Shown: positions 13,174 through 23,800, counted from the first letter of the stretch. The stretch is 64,000 nt of DNA from Candidatus Eiseniibacteriota bacterium (GCA_963717505.1 OY970342.1:1152001-1216000), one strand, 5' to 3'. Notes: a model not told the origin generated them from the sequence alone. A program made the numbers and translations.

Positions 13174-13869
13174 GTGCCGGATCTGGTCATGGTCATCGAA
13201 GACGAAAAGGAGATCCGGGATCTCGTCCGGTACAACCTCGAGCGCGAGGGCTTCCGGGTCGCGACCGCGGTCGACGGCGAACGCGGCCTGGAACAGCTGT
13301 TCTCGTCGCGGCCCGACGCCGTGGTGCTCGACCTCATGCTGCCCGGCCGTAACGGGCTCGAGATCCTGCGCGAGCTGCGTAGCGAACCCACCACTCGCGA
13401 CCTGCCGGTGCTGGTGCTGACGGCTCGCGGCGCCGAGATGGACAAACTGCTCGGCTTCGAGCACGGCGCCGACGACTACCTGACCAAGCCGTTCAGCCCG
13501 CGCGAGCTGGTGGCGCGGGTCCGGGCGCTACTGCGTCGCTCGAAGCCGGCCGGTGAGCCGGTCGCGGTCGAGTCGGGTGCTCTGCGCATCGATCCGCTGG
13601 CCCGCGAGGCGACCATCGCCGGCGCGGCGCTGACGCTGACGCCCCGCGAGTTCGACCTGCTGCTGTTCTTCGCGCAGAACCCCGGCCGCGTGGCGACGCG
13701 CGACGAGCTGCTGCGCAAGGTATGGGGCTACGACTATCTCGGCGACACGCGCACCGTCGACGTCCACGTCCGCCGCCTGCGCCAGAAGCTCGGCGACCAG
13801 AGCCGCATGATCGAGACCGTCACCGGAGTGGGGTACAAGCTGGTCGAGCGACCCGCGGCGGGCCCCTAG
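13174..13869 (+). CDS. phoB: OmpR/PhoB-family response regulator (phosphate regulon)
   Basis: Receiver (VIEDE, LDLMLPG, GADDYLTKPF) plus winged helix (TRTVDVHVRRLRQKL). GTG start after GGAGG. Upstream of phoR and pst genes. Confidence 0.9.
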   Translation: MPDLVMVIEDEKEIRDLVRYNLEREGFRVATAVDGERGLEQLFSSRPDAVVLDLMLPGRNGLEILRELRSEPTTRDLPVLVLTARGAEMDKLLGFEHGADDYLTKPFSPRELVARVRALLRRSKPAGEPVAVESGALRIDPLAREATIAGAALTLTPREFDLLLFFAQNPGRVATRDELLRKVWGYDYLGDTRTVDVHVRRLRQKLGDQSRMIETVTGVGYKLVERPAAGP

Positions 13870-13872
13870 ACA

Positions 13873-15162
13873 ATGCCGACTTCGGTGTCGGGCGGCACCG
13901 GCGGTCTGGTGGCCCTGGCGGCCGCGGCCGTCCTCGCCCTCCTCTGGATCCTGTTCCTGGATGTGAGACGCCAACGCCGACTCCGTGCGTTCGAAGACCG
14001 AGTCCGCGGGTTCGCGATGCGCCCTCCGGCGGGGGCGGCCCCCGGTGAAGACGATGCACTCGGACGGGTCGAACGCGCGGCTCACGCGCTGGCCACCGAT
14101 CTTCACGAGCGGATCGGAGCCCTGGAGCGGGACCGCGCCGAACGCGAACAGGTGCTCGGGCTGATCGCCGACGGCGTCGCGCTGCTCGACAACTCGGGGC
14201 GGGTGCTGCGAGCCAATCCGAGCATGGCGTTCCTGGTCGGCGCCGCGCAGCCGCCGGCGCCCGGGACTCCGTTCCACGAGTTCGTGCGCGCCCCCGAGCT
14301 GGACGAGATCCTGGCGCAGGCCAAGGCGGGCGGCGAAGTCGTCGAGTCCGAGATCCGGCTCTGGTCGCCGCATGCGCGCTTCGTTCGCGCCACAGCCACG
14401 CCCTTCGGCAGCGGACGCACCGGCGGCGTGCTGCTCGTGCTCCACGACCTGACCGAAGAGGAGCGGGTGAACCGGATGCGGCAGGACTTCGTGGCCAACG
14501 TCTCGCACGAGCTGCGGACACCGCTGACCTCCTTGCGTGGCTACGCCGAAACCTTGCTCGAGGGCGGGTTCGAAGACGCGGACAATCGCGAGCGCTTCGT
14601 CGGCATCATCCGCGACCAAGCAATGCGACTGTCGGCGCTGGTCGACGACTTGTTGTCGCTCGCCGAGCTCGAGCGCCCGGGCGCCCAGCTCAAGCGCGAG
14701 CGATTCGACCTGCGCGAGCTGGTCGAGTCGCAGGCCAAGGTCTTCGAACCGCGCGCCGCCGAAGCCGGCCTGACGTTGAGGGTAGAGCCCGGGGCCGCGC
14801 TCGCGGTGGTTGCCGATCGCCCGCGCATCGTCCAGGTCGTCGTCAATCTGCTCGACAACGCGATCAAGTACACGGAGCGCGGCCGGGTCACGCTGCGCGT
14901 CGGCGTGCGCGAGGGGCGCGCGTGGTGCGAGGTCGAAGACACGGGCAGCGGCATCCCGGCCGAGGACCTGCCGCGCATCTTCGAGCGCTTTTACCGTGTC
15001 GAGAAGGCGCGCTCGCGCCTGAAAGGCGGCACCGGACTCGGGCTGTCGATCGTGAAACACATCATGTCGCTGCACGGAGGCGAAGTGTCGGCACAGAGCC
15101 ACCCGGGGCGCGGCAGCACGTTCCGCCTGGAGTTCCCGATCGCTCCGCCCATGGACATCTAG
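13873..15162 (+). CDS. phoR: Phosphate regulon sensor histidine kinase
   Basis: TM segment, PAS-like region, DFVANVSHELRTPLT, FERFYRVEKARSR, GGTGLGLSIVKH. Confidence 0.9.
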   Translation: MPTSVSGGTGGLVALAAAAVLALLWILFLDVRRQRRLRAFEDRVRGFAMRPPAGAAPGEDDALGRVERAAHALATDLHERIGALERDRAEREQVLGLIADGVALLDNSGRVLRANPSMAFLVGAAQPPAPGTPFHEFVRAPELDEILAQAKAGGEVVESEIRLWSPHARFVRATATPFGSGRTGGVLLVLHDLTEEERVNRMRQDFVANVSHELRTPLTSLRGYAETLLEGGFEDADNRERFVGIIRDQAMRLSALVDDLLSLAELERPGAQLKRERFDLRELVESQAKVFEPRAAEAGLTLRVEPGAALAVVADRPRIVQVVVNLLDNAIKYTERGRVTLRVGVREGRAWCEVEDTGSGIPAEDLPRIFERFYRVEKARSRLKGGTGLGLSIVKHIMSLHGGEVSAQSHPGRGSTFRLEFPIAPPMDI

Positions 15163-15177
15163 CCGAACGTCCTCGCC

Positions 15178-15199
15178 GTAACACCCCGGCAACATCTTT
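15178..15199 (+). promoter_or_regulatory. Putative Pho box (2 x 11-bp direct repeat)
   Basis: GTAACA-CCCCG-GCAACA-TCTTT directly after the phoR stop; same hexamer as the array before the porin. Confidence 0.55.
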
Positions 15200-15229
15200 T
15201 TCCCGCTCGGACTCCCGGGTGTCACCTCG

Positions 15230-15720
15230 CCGCGTGGGTGGCTCCGACAACATGCCGCTGTCCGAGGGAAGCAGCCGCGGCCGGAGTTCCGGCCTGGGAA
15301 GGTGCCGGTTCGCTGCTGCGCGCATTCGGGTCGAATCGCAACGCTGCTTCCCCTCTTTCTTTTCTCTCGAGTCACGCGCTTGCGGCGGGGTCGCACCCGC
15401 CCGAGTTCGGGCCTTCGTGGCCGGACGAACCGTTGGGGAAGATGGGCAGCGGTGTGCGCCGGGCGCGGCGCTGCCTCAGGTGGTGATGTTCTTCGTGGGG
15501 TCGGCGTGAGACCGCCGAAGGGAGACCTGCGGGGGGCATCCCGGCAAGGATGTCCCCGAGGGTGGTTTTCCCGGTGACGGCAGGCGAGGCCCAGGGTGCC
15601 TGGACTTCTCACAGTTCCACCGGACCGCCTGCAACACCGTTCCGTGGAGGGTGTCCGAAGGGGCGTCCTTCTGCGGGATTGAAGCCACCCGAGGGGCGCC
15701 TTGTTCGGATCCGCCACGGC
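15230..15720 (+). ncRNA. Candidate structured non-coding RNA or long leader (unknown family)
   Basis: Dense series of hairpins seen by eye, no convincing ORF, flanked by Pho-box-like arrays. Boundaries and strand are approximate. Confidence 0.35.
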
Positions 15721-15727
15721 GCCCTTT

Positions 15728-15771
15728 GTAACACCTCGGAAACACCTCCGACACCCACCGGCAACCCACCC
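15728..15771 (+). promoter_or_regulatory. Putative Pho box array (4 x 11-bp direct repeat) for the porin-pst operon
   Basis: GTAACAcctcg GAAACAcctcc GACACCcaccg GCAACCcaccc with exact 11-bp period, about 95 bp upstream of the porin start. Confidence 0.65.
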
Positions 15772-15864
15772 CCCCATACCGTCGATCGCGTCTCCGCCGC
15801 CGACCGGCTGCACTCCGCAGACGCAAGGGGGCGTACATAGCGGGATCCCTTCCCCGAGGTCTCA

Positions 15865-17100
15865 ATGACCAAGCTTTCCTGGCTGCTCCGCAGCCTGGCG
15901 GCCGCGGTTGCGGCTGCCTGCCTGGTCCCGGCCGTTTGGGCCCAGGACGATTCCACCGCTGTCTCATCGGAAACCAGCGCCCAGCTCGAGGCCATGAACG
16001 AGCAACTCCAGACCATCCAGACGGATGTCTTGGCGCTCAAGAAGTTCAAGTTCTCGGGCTATGTGCAGGCGCGTTACGAAATCACGGAAGACTCGGCCGA
16101 CTCGATTCGAGTCGAAGCCAACGGCACCATCACCCCCGCCAACAAGGAACGCTTCTACATCCGACGCGCGCGGCTCAAGCTGACCTACGATGCGGCACCG
16201 CTCAGCCAAGCCGTGGTCTACTTCGACGCTGGCGCCGACCGCATCGCGCGCTTGCTCGAAGCCTACGTCGTGCTCATGGACCCCTGGACCGTTGAACACC
16301 AACACCAGCTGACCATGGGGCAGATGAACATCCCGTTCGGCTACGAGATCGAGCGCAGCTCGAGCGTCCGCGAGCTGCCCGAGCGCTCGCGCGCCGAGAA
16401 CACGCTGTTCTCGGGCGAGCGCGATCGCGGCATCAAGATCGTGAGCGCCTGGACGCCCAGCATCGAAACCGTAGTCAGCGCGTTCAACGGTGGTGGCGTC
16501 AACCACCCACTCTTCTCGGCCACCGATCCGAGCCGCGCCAAGGACATGGTCGGGCGCGTGCGCGTCTCCCAGGGGACGATCGACGGCGCGCTCTCGGCCT
16601 CGGTCGGCAAGGAGAACGTGCCCTTGGCGGGACCCGACAAGGAACTGGACAAGACGCGCTACGGCGCCGACGCCCAGCTCTACTTCGCCGTGCCGCGGTT
16701 CGGTGGCGCCTCACTAATGGCCGAAGGCTACATGGGCCAGAACCTCAACTCGGATTCGCTCACTGCGCTGACCGTTCGCGTGAGCGGCGCGCCATTCCAA
16801 CCGGTCGCGGGCGCCAATCTCGATCACCTGAGCACCGACTTCGTCGGCGCCTATATCATGTACGTCCAGAATTTCGGCGATCGCGCCCAGCTCGCGGTGC
16901 GCTGGGACATGTACGACCCCAATACCGATCTCGACCACGATCAGTTCACCCGCTGGAACGCGGGCTTCAACTGGTTCTGGGACGGCTATACCCGACTGAC
17001 CGTCGCCTACGAGGCGCCCGAGACCGATCGGGCGCGGGCCGGCACGTACTACGACCCCAAAGACAACTTCTGGACCTTCCAGGCCCAGCTCAAGTTCTAG
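15865..17100 (+). CDS. Phosphate-selective porin (OprO/OprP-like)
   Basis: Signal peptide, short coiled coil, FSGYVQARY, FYIRRARLK, GQMNIPFGYE, RDRG, C-terminal QAQLKF; heads the pst operon. Confidence 0.85.
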   Translation: MTKLSWLLRSLAAAVAAACLVPAVWAQDDSTAVSSETSAQLEAMNEQLQTIQTDVLALKKFKFSGYVQARYEITEDSADSIRVEANGTITPANKERFYIRRARLKLTYDAAPLSQAVVYFDAGADRIARLLEAYVVLMDPWTVEHQHQLTMGQMNIPFGYEIERSSSVRELPERSRAENTLFSGERDRGIKIVSAWTPSIETVVSAFNGGGVNHPLFSATDPSRAKDMVGRVRVSQGTIDGALSASVGKENVPLAGPDKELDKTRYGADAQLYFAVPRFGGASLMAEGYMGQNLNSDSLTALTVRVSGAPFQPVAGANLDHLSTDFVGAYIMYVQNFGDRAQLAVRWDMYDPNTDLDHDQFTRWNAGFNWFWDGYTRLTVAYEAPETDRARAGTYYDPKDNFWTFQAQLKF

Positions 17101-17110
17101 GAGGCAAGGC

Positions 17111-17944
17111 ATGAACTCGATGAAACGCATCACGCTCGCGAGCGCGTTGCTCGCCACGGTTGCAGGCCCGGCAATGGCCGCACGCGGCATCTCGGTCAAA
17201 GGCTCGGACACCATGGTCATCCTCGGCCAGCGCTGGGCCGAGCGCTACATGAGCACGCATTCGGGCGAGGTCATCCAAGTGACCGGCGGCGGCTCGGGCA
17301 CCGGCATCGCCGCGTTGATCAACGGCACCACCGACATCTGCCAGGCATCGCGGCCGATGAAGCAGGCGGAGAAGGTCAAGTTGCGCGACCGCTACAAGTC
17401 GATGGGCATCGAGATCCCGGTCGCCCGCGACGGGCTGACCATCTACGTCCACGAGTCGAATCCGGTGAAGGAAGTCACGATTGAGCAACTCCGGAAGGTG
17501 TACACGGGCGAGCTGACCAACTGGAAGGATCTGGGCGGCGCCGAGGGACGGATCGTGCTCTACGGCCGCGAGAACAGCTCGGGCACCTACGTGTACTTCA
17601 AGGACAACGTCCTGCTCGGCCGTGACTATTCGGCGGCTTGCCAGACCTTGCCCGGCACCGCGGCAGTGGTGAACGCGGTGTCCAAGGATCCGAAGGGCAT
17701 CGGCTACGGGGGTGCCGCTTACGCCAAGGGCGTCAAAGAGGTCGCCGTGCGCAAGGAGGCCTCGACGCCCGCGGTCCTGCCGAGCGCCGAGACCATTCGC
17801 GACGGCAGCTATCCGATCACGCGCGACCTCTACTTCTATACGCGCACCAAGCCCTCCGGAAAAGTGAAGCTATTCGTGGATTGGGTGCTTTCCGACGAGG
17901 GGCAGAGCATCATCAGCGAAGTCGGGTACTTCCCGGTTCGCTGA
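17111..17944 (+). CDS. pstS: Phosphate ABC transporter substrate-binding protein (copy 1, Sec signal)
   Basis: KGSDTM, GGGSGTGIAAL, RENSSGT, YPITRDLYFY; AMA signal-peptidase I site. Confidence 0.95.
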   Translation: MNSMKRITLASALLATVAGPAMAARGISVKGSDTMVILGQRWAERYMSTHSGEVIQVTGGGSGTGIAALINGTTDICQASRPMKQAEKVKLRDRYKSMGIEIPVARDGLTIYVHESNPVKEVTIEQLRKVYTGELTNWKDLGGAEGRIVLYGRENSSGTYVYFKDNVLLGRDYSAACQTLPGTAAVVNAVSKDPKGIGYGGAAYAKGVKEVAVRKEASTPAVLPSAETIRDGSYPITRDLYFYTRTKPSGKVKLFVDWVLSDEGQSIISEVGYFPVR

Positions 17945-18019
17945 GCGGTGCCATCAGGACGTGTTGGCTTGTGGGTCGGGGACCATGATCAAATGACCCG
18001 GATCTCAAGGGAGGCCGTG

Positions 18020-18862
18020 ATGCGCATGCGTTTCCTGGTCTATCTCGCTGGACTGCTGGCGGTGGTCGGGCTCTCGCAATGTTCCGGGGCCGGGCGAGCG
18101 AAGCCAATCACCATCAAGGGGTCGGACACGATGGTGCTGCTCGGCCAGCGCTGGGCCGAGCACTACATGGAGTCGCACCCCGGGACCATCATTCAGGTGA
18201 CGGGCGGTGGCTCGGGCACCGGCATCGCCGCCCTGATCAACGGCACGACTGACATCTGTCAGTCGTCGCGGCCAATCAAGGAGGCGGAGCAGAAGCAGAT
18301 CCAGGAGCGGTTCGGAAATCCGGCGTACGAGACGATCGTCGCGCGTGACGGGCTCGCGGCGTACGTGCACGAGTCGAATCCGGTGAGCGAGCTGACCATC
18401 GCCCAGCTGCGCGCGATCTACACCGGCGCGGTGACCAACTGGAAGGACGTCGGCGGGCCCGACCAACCGATCACGCCCTACGGCCGCGAGAACAGCTCGG
18501 GCACCTACGAGTACTTCAAGGAGCACGTACTCGAGAAGGCTGACTTCGCCGCGGCGACCCAGACGCTGCCCGGAACCGCCGCGGTGGTGAACGCCGTGGC
18601 GCAGGATCCACGCGGCATCGGCTACGGCGGCGCCGCTTATGCCAAAGGCGTCAAACAGGTCGCCGTGCGCACCGACGACGGAAGCCCGGCAGTGCTCCCG
18701 TCGGCTGAGAACGTGGTCACTGGCGCCTATCCGATCTCGCGCGACCTGTACTTCTATCTGCGCAAGGCGCCCGAGGGAGCAACTCAGGAATTCCTGGACT
18801 TCGTGCTGTCGGACGCGGGTCAGGCCGTGGTGACCGACGTCGGGTACTTCCCGATCCGATGA
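18020..18862 (+). CDS. pstS: Phosphate ABC transporter substrate-binding protein (copy 2, probable lipoprotein)
   Basis: Same motifs as copy 1; GGAGG RBS; lipobox-like LSQC. Confidence 0.93.
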   Translation: MRMRFLVYLAGLLAVVGLSQCSGAGRAKPITIKGSDTMVLLGQRWAEHYMESHPGTIIQVTGGGSGTGIAALINGTTDICQSSRPIKEAEQKQIQERFGNPAYETIVARDGLAAYVHESNPVSELTIAQLRAIYTGAVTNWKDVGGPDQPITPYGRENSSGTYEYFKEHVLEKADFAAATQTLPGTAAVVNAVAQDPRGIGYGGAAYAKGVKQVAVRTDDGSPAVLPSAENVVTGAYPISRDLYFYLRKAPEGATQEFLDFVLSDAGQAVVTDVGYFPIR

Positions 18863-19857
18863 CCGAGACCGGAGCGCCGGAACCCCGGCCGGCGGAGGCG
18901 GGATTCGCGGGTGCGGCCCCCGCGGGACCGTTGCCCGTACGGCCGGGCTTCCGTCGCGCCCAACGACTGCGGGAAAACCTGATCACCTGGCTGCTGCGCC
19001 TGACCGCGTTCTCCGCGATCGGCGGCATCTTCCTGATCATGATCTTCGTGTTCCGCGGCGCCCTGCCGGTGTTCGTCGATCCCGAGACGCAGAAAGAAGC
19101 GAGCCTTGCCGGGTTCTTCGCGACGATGATGTGGCAGCCGGTCGGCGACATTCCCAAGTACGGCATCGTCCCCCTGCTGGTCGGAACCCTCAAGGTGGTC
19201 CTGGTCGCGATGGGGTTCGCGGTCCCGATCTCGGTCCTGGCTGCGATCTTCGCCTCGGAGTTTGCGAGCGCGCGCCTGCGTGAGGCCATCAAGCCGGTGA
19301 TCGAGATCCTCGCCGGGATTCCGTCGGTGGTCCTCGGCTTCTTCGCGTTGATCGTGATGGCGTCGTGGCTCCAGGCGGTGACTGGGTCCACGATCCGGCT
19401 GAACGCCGTGAACGCCGGCTTGGCACTCGGACTTGGCGTCATTCCCGTGATCTTCAGCGTCTGCGAGGACGCGCTGCGCGCGGTGCCGCGCTCGTATCGC
19501 GAGGCGTCGCTGGCGCTCGGCGCCTCGCGCTGGCAAACCGCATGGAACGTGACGCTGCCCGCCGCCGGCGCCGGTGTGGCCGCCGGCATCCTCCTGGGGC
19601 TCGCTCGCGCGGTCGGCGAGACGATGATCGTGCTCATGGCGTCGGGCAACGCCGCGCTGATCTCGGCGAGTCCGTTCGACTCGGTGCGGACACTCTCGGC
19701 GAGCATCGCCGCCGAGCTGGCCGAGGTCGTGGTCGGGAGCCCGCATTACTCGGTGCTGTTCTTCCTCGGTGGGCTGTTGTTCATCACCACGTTCGTGATC
19801 AACGTGATCGCCGGCACCTTCGTGGAAGGCCTTCGCCGCCGCCTGAGGGGTGCATGA
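18859..19857 (+). CDS. pstC: Phosphate ABC transporter permease PstC
   Basis: [30 protein letters not shown]. Confidence 0.95.
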   Translation: MTETGAPEPRPAEAGFAGAAPAGPLPVRPGFRRAQRLRENLITWLLRLTAFSAIGGIFLIMIFVFRGALPVFVDPETQKEASLAGFFATMMWQPVGDIPKYGIVPLLVGTLKVVLVAMGFAVPISVLAAIFASEFASARLREAIKPVIEILAGIPSVVLGFFALIVMASWLQAVTGSTIRLNAVNAGLALGLGVIPVIFSVCEDALRAVPRSYREASLALGASRWQTAWNVTLPAAGAGVAAGILLGLARAVGETMIVLMASGNAALISASPFDSVRTLSASIAAELAEVVVGSPHYSVLFFLGGLLFITTFVINVIAGTFVEGLRRRLRGA

Positions 19858-20816
19858 GCGCCTCGAGCCTGCCCGTGGACCCGATCGACTCGCCCCTGGT
19901 CCCGCTCGACAAACGCCGTCGCCACGATTGGGGCGGAAACATCCTCGGGGGCGTGTCGGGGCTCGCGGTCGCGCTCATCGTGCTCATGATCGCACTCATC
20001 ATGGGCAACATCCTGTGGTTCGGCTGGAGCACGGTGACCTGGGAATTCCTGACCGCCACGCCCCGCGAGGGCATGACCGCGGGCGGGATCTTCCCGGCGA
20101 TCTTCGGCACCTGCGCGCTGGTCATCCTGATGGTGATCGCGCTGATTCCGTTCGGGGTCGGTGCGGCGATCTACCTGCACGAGTACGCGGCGCCGAATTC
20201 GTGGTTCACGCGCCTGGTCCGCTTCTCGGTGAACAACCTGGCGGGTGTTCCGAGCATCGTATTCGGCCTCTTCGGCCTCGGGTTCTTCATCCAGTTCGTG
20301 GGCCTCCACATGGACCGCGCCCTGGGCCTCGACGTGGTGTGGGGGCAACCCGCGTTGGTCTGGGCGGCGCTCACCCTGGCGCTCCTCAACCTGCCGGTGG
20401 TGATCGTGACCACCGAGGAGGCGCTGGCCGCCGTGCCGCGCGACATGCGCGAGGCCTCGCTCGCCCTGGGTGCGACGCGCTGGCAGACGGTGAGCCGCGT
20501 CCTGCTGCCCCAGGCGTTGCCCGGGATCCTCACCGGCGCCATCTTGTCGATATCGCGCGGCGCCGGCGAAGTCGCGCCGATCATGTTCACCGGCGCCGCC
20601 TACTTCCTTCCCTACCTGCCGACCTCGCCCACGGATCAATTCATGGAGCTCGGCTACCACGTGTTCGTGCTCGCCACCCAGTCGCCCGACGTGGACGCCA
20701 CGCGCCCCCTGCTATACGGTACCGTGCTCACGTTGCTGCTGGTGACGTTCGCCCTCAACCTCGCGGCGATCTTCCTTCGGTCGCGGCTGCGGGCGCAGCT
20801 CGCCGGACGGGGATGA
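19854..20816 (+). CDS. pstA: Phosphate ABC transporter permease PstA
   Basis: [32 protein letters not shown]; ATGA overlap with pstC. Confidence 0.95.
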   Translation: MSASSLPVDPIDSPLVPLDKRRRHDWGGNILGGVSGLAVALIVLMIALIMGNILWFGWSTVTWEFLTATPREGMTAGGIFPAIFGTCALVILMVIALIPFGVGAAIYLHEYAAPNSWFTRLVRFSVNNLAGVPSIVFGLFGLGFFIQFVGLHMDRALGLDVVWGQPALVWAALTLALLNLPVVIVTTEEALAAVPRDMREASLALGATRWQTVSRVLLPQALPGILTGAILSISRGAGEVAPIMFTGAAYFLPYLPTSPTDQFMELGYHVFVLATQSPDVDATRPLLYGTVLTLLLVTFALNLAAIFLRSRLRAQLAGRG

Positions 20817-20817
20817 C

Positions 20818-21675
<858 letters not shown>

Positions 21676-21740
21676 ACCAGGATCACGGCAGCGACCCGCA
21701 GGCGTGGCCGGATCGATTCTCCCGTCATCAGGAGACGCCC

Positions 21741-22418
21741 TTGGAGCGACATTTCGAGAAGGATCTGGCAGAGCTCAAGGAGGCGTTGCTGGCCATGGCC
21801 GGCGGCGCCGAGAGCATCGTCCAAAAGGCGATCCGCGCGCTGGAGAAGCGTGACCGGGTGCTCGCCGAAGCCGTCATCGAGGAAGACCACACGATCGACC
21901 GCATGGAGATCGACATCGAGGAGCGCTGCCTGAACCTGCTGGCGCTCCAGCAGCCCCTGGCCGGCGACCTCCGGTTCATCACCTCGGTGCTCAAGATTTC
22001 GAACGACCTCGAGCGGGTCGGCGACCACGCCGTGAACATCGCCGGCTCGGCGATCCGCCTGGCGCGCGAGCCGCTGCTCAAGCCGCTGGTCGACATTCCG
22101 CGCATGGAGAAGATCTCGACCGCCATGCTGCGCGAGGCGATCGAAGCATTCATTCGACGCGATTCGGAAGCAGCACGACGTCTGGTGCTCCGTGACGACG
22201 AGGTCGACCAGCTCAACCGCCAGGTCTTTCGCGAGCTGATCAGCTACATGATGGAGGACCCGCACACCATCACGCGGGCGCTCGAGCTGATCCTGGTCGG
22301 CCGCAACCTCGAGCGGGTCGCCGACCTGGCGACCAACGTCGCCGAAGAAGTCGTGTTCATCGCCGAGGCGCGGATCATCAAGCACCACGCGGAAGACGAG
22401 GATTTCGGGCGCACTTAG
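21741..22418 (+). CDS. phoU: Phosphate signalling protein PhoU
   Basis: QQPLAGDLR, DLERVGDHAVNIA, NLERVADLATNVAE; TTG start after AGGAG. Confidence 0.96.
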   Translation: MERHFEKDLAELKEALLAMAGGAESIVQKAIRALEKRDRVLAEAVIEEDHTIDRMEIDIEERCLNLLALQQPLAGDLRFITSVLKISNDLERVGDHAVNIAGSAIRLAREPLLKPLVDIPRMEKISTAMLREAIEAFIRRDSEAARRLVLRDDEVDQLNRQVFRELISYMMEDPHTITRALELILVGRNLERVADLATNVAEEVVFIAEARIIKHHAEDEDFGRT

Positions 22419-22454
22419 GCGGTACCGGCGCCCCCCTTCGACGATCGCCGCCGA

Positions 22455-22802
22455 CTACTCGTCGCCGGGCCCGGGCCGTCGCTCGCGCTTGCGCTTCTGG
22501 GTTCGCCGCTTGGCGTCGAGTCGCCGCTCGACCGCGGCCACGGTCGGCCGGGTCGCGAGCCGGGCCTTGCGCTTGCGCGCGCGCCGGGCGAGCTCTCGCC
22601 ACACGCGCTCGAGCGCCAGCCGGCGATTACGCGATTGGGAGCGATGTTCGGTGGCGATGCGCACGATGCCGCTCGGCAAATGACGCACGCGGATGCTCGA
22701 GGCGGTCTTGTTCTTCTTCTGGCCGCCGGGGCCGGAGGAACGATAGGCCGTGATCTCGCAGTCGCGCGCCAGGCGAGCGAGCGCTTCGGGGCTCAGGGTC
22801 AT
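22455..22802 (-). CDS. GGQ peptidyl-tRNA hydrolase / ribosome-rescue factor (ArfB/RF-1-domain family)
   Basis: RSSGPGGQKKNKT, RSQSRNR, and a basic tail (TRPT...ERRLDAK...KRERR). Confidence 0.88.
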   Translation of the reverse strand: MTLSPEALARLARDCEITAYRSSGPGGQKKNKTASSIRVRHLPSGIVRIATEHRSQSRNRRLALERVWRELARRARKRKARLATRPTVAAVERRLDAKRRTQKRKRERRPGPGDE

Positions 22803-23710
22803 CGGGGCCCCGCGCCGGACGCCGCGGAATCACCGCGGACGGCGCTCGCGGCCGCGCGCGTCGCCGGCAGGACGCGGACCACCACGCCGACCAGCAGTTC
22901 GCGCAGAGTCTCGCGCACCGGAGTGGCGAGAACCTCGAAGTCGTGCTGATCGGGCGCCGGCAGCAGGACGAGCGCGCGACCGTTCCACAGAACCCGCGTC
23001 AGCATCACCGCGCCACGGTTCCGCACCGCGCACACCTCGGCGGGCCGCGGCGGCGTGATCGCGCGCGTCACCAAGGCGATCCCCCCAGCTTCGAGTTCGG
23101 GCACGCGGCGATGATCACGTTCGGCGATGCGGTAGGCGATCGGTCGCACCCACGTGGTCGGATCCGGCAGGTCGGAAACGTCGATCCGCAGGTGACCGAG
23201 CACGGCGCAGCGAGGGTGGAGGTCGTTTCCTGGATCGAGACCCGAATCGAGGACGGGCACGCGCAGGCGCGCCCGATCGCGCGCGGATTCGGATCCTGAA
23301 GGTGCGTTCCCCCATGCGAACGGCACATCCTGCGAAGTGGGTGGAGCGATCTCGCGGGCCGCTGCCAGCCCGGGTGCCTGATCGACGTCCGCCACGTGGA
23401 TCCTGGCCGCAGAATCGGCTGCCGACGGCGAACCCCCTCCCGACCCGCGCAGCACCGCCGCCGCCTCGAGCACGGTCTCGAGATCACCGCGGCCCCGGCA
23501 GCGGGCCCAGGCGCGAAACAAGTCTTCGTCGTCCCCCAGGGCCGCGGCGAGCCGTGCCGCAGTCGCTTCGCTGGGCAGTTTGGTGCCGTTCTCTATGTGG
23601 AAAACGAACGCGGGTGAGGCAAGTCCCGCGAGGGCGGCGAGCTTTCGAAAGCTGAGCCCGCGGGCAAGCCGTCGCTGGCGGATTCGGGCGGCGAAAGGGT
23701 CCGAGGTCAT
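22799..23710 (-). CDS. XRE-family HTH regulator with degenerate S24/CI-like C-terminal domain
   Basis: FAARIRQRRLARGLSFRKLA...HIENGTKLPS. C-terminal half has the RVPVL...GGIALV...VGVVV pattern of LexA/CI CTDs. Confidence 0.75.
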   Translation of the reverse strand: MTSDPFAARIRQRRLARGLSFRKLAALAGLASPAFVFHIENGTKLPSEATAARLAAALGDDEDLFRAWARCRGRGDLETVLEAAAVLRGSGGGSPSAADSAARIHVADVDQAPGLAAAREIAPPTSQDVPFAWGNAPSGSESARDRARLRVPVLDSGLDPGNDLHPRCAVLGHLRIDVSDLPDPTTWVRPIAYRIAERDHRRVPELEAGGIALVTRAITPPRPAEVCAVRNRGAVMLTRVLWNGRALVLLPAPDQHDFEVLATPVRETLRELLVGVVVRVLPATRAAASAVRGDSAASGAGPR

Positions 23711-23780
23711 TGGGCCACCTCCCTGTAGCGTGGCGATTTGTCTCTGGGCAACGTAGCGCGGAGGTCGGGATCAGCGCAAC

Positions 23781-23800
23781 CGTTCTCCATAGGGAGAACG
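23781..23800. promoter_or_regulatory. Palindromic operator candidate
   Basis: CGTTCTCC-ATAG-GGAGAACG, a perfect 8-bp inverted repeat between the divergent XRE gene and thiL. Confidence 0.5.

Noticed and set aside
15255-15280. GTCCGAGGGAAGCAGC resembling the SRP RNA helix-8 motif
   Set aside because: Lacks the preceding CAGG and the GNRA tetraloop spacing, and no long SRP-like rod is evident. RNase P and tmRNA hallmarks were also not found in this spacer.
22799-23710. XRE/CI-like gene as a prophage repressor or LexA
   Set aside because: No phage or integrase genes adjacent; the N-terminus is XRE-type rather than the LexA winged helix, and catalytic Ser/Lys motifs are not evident.
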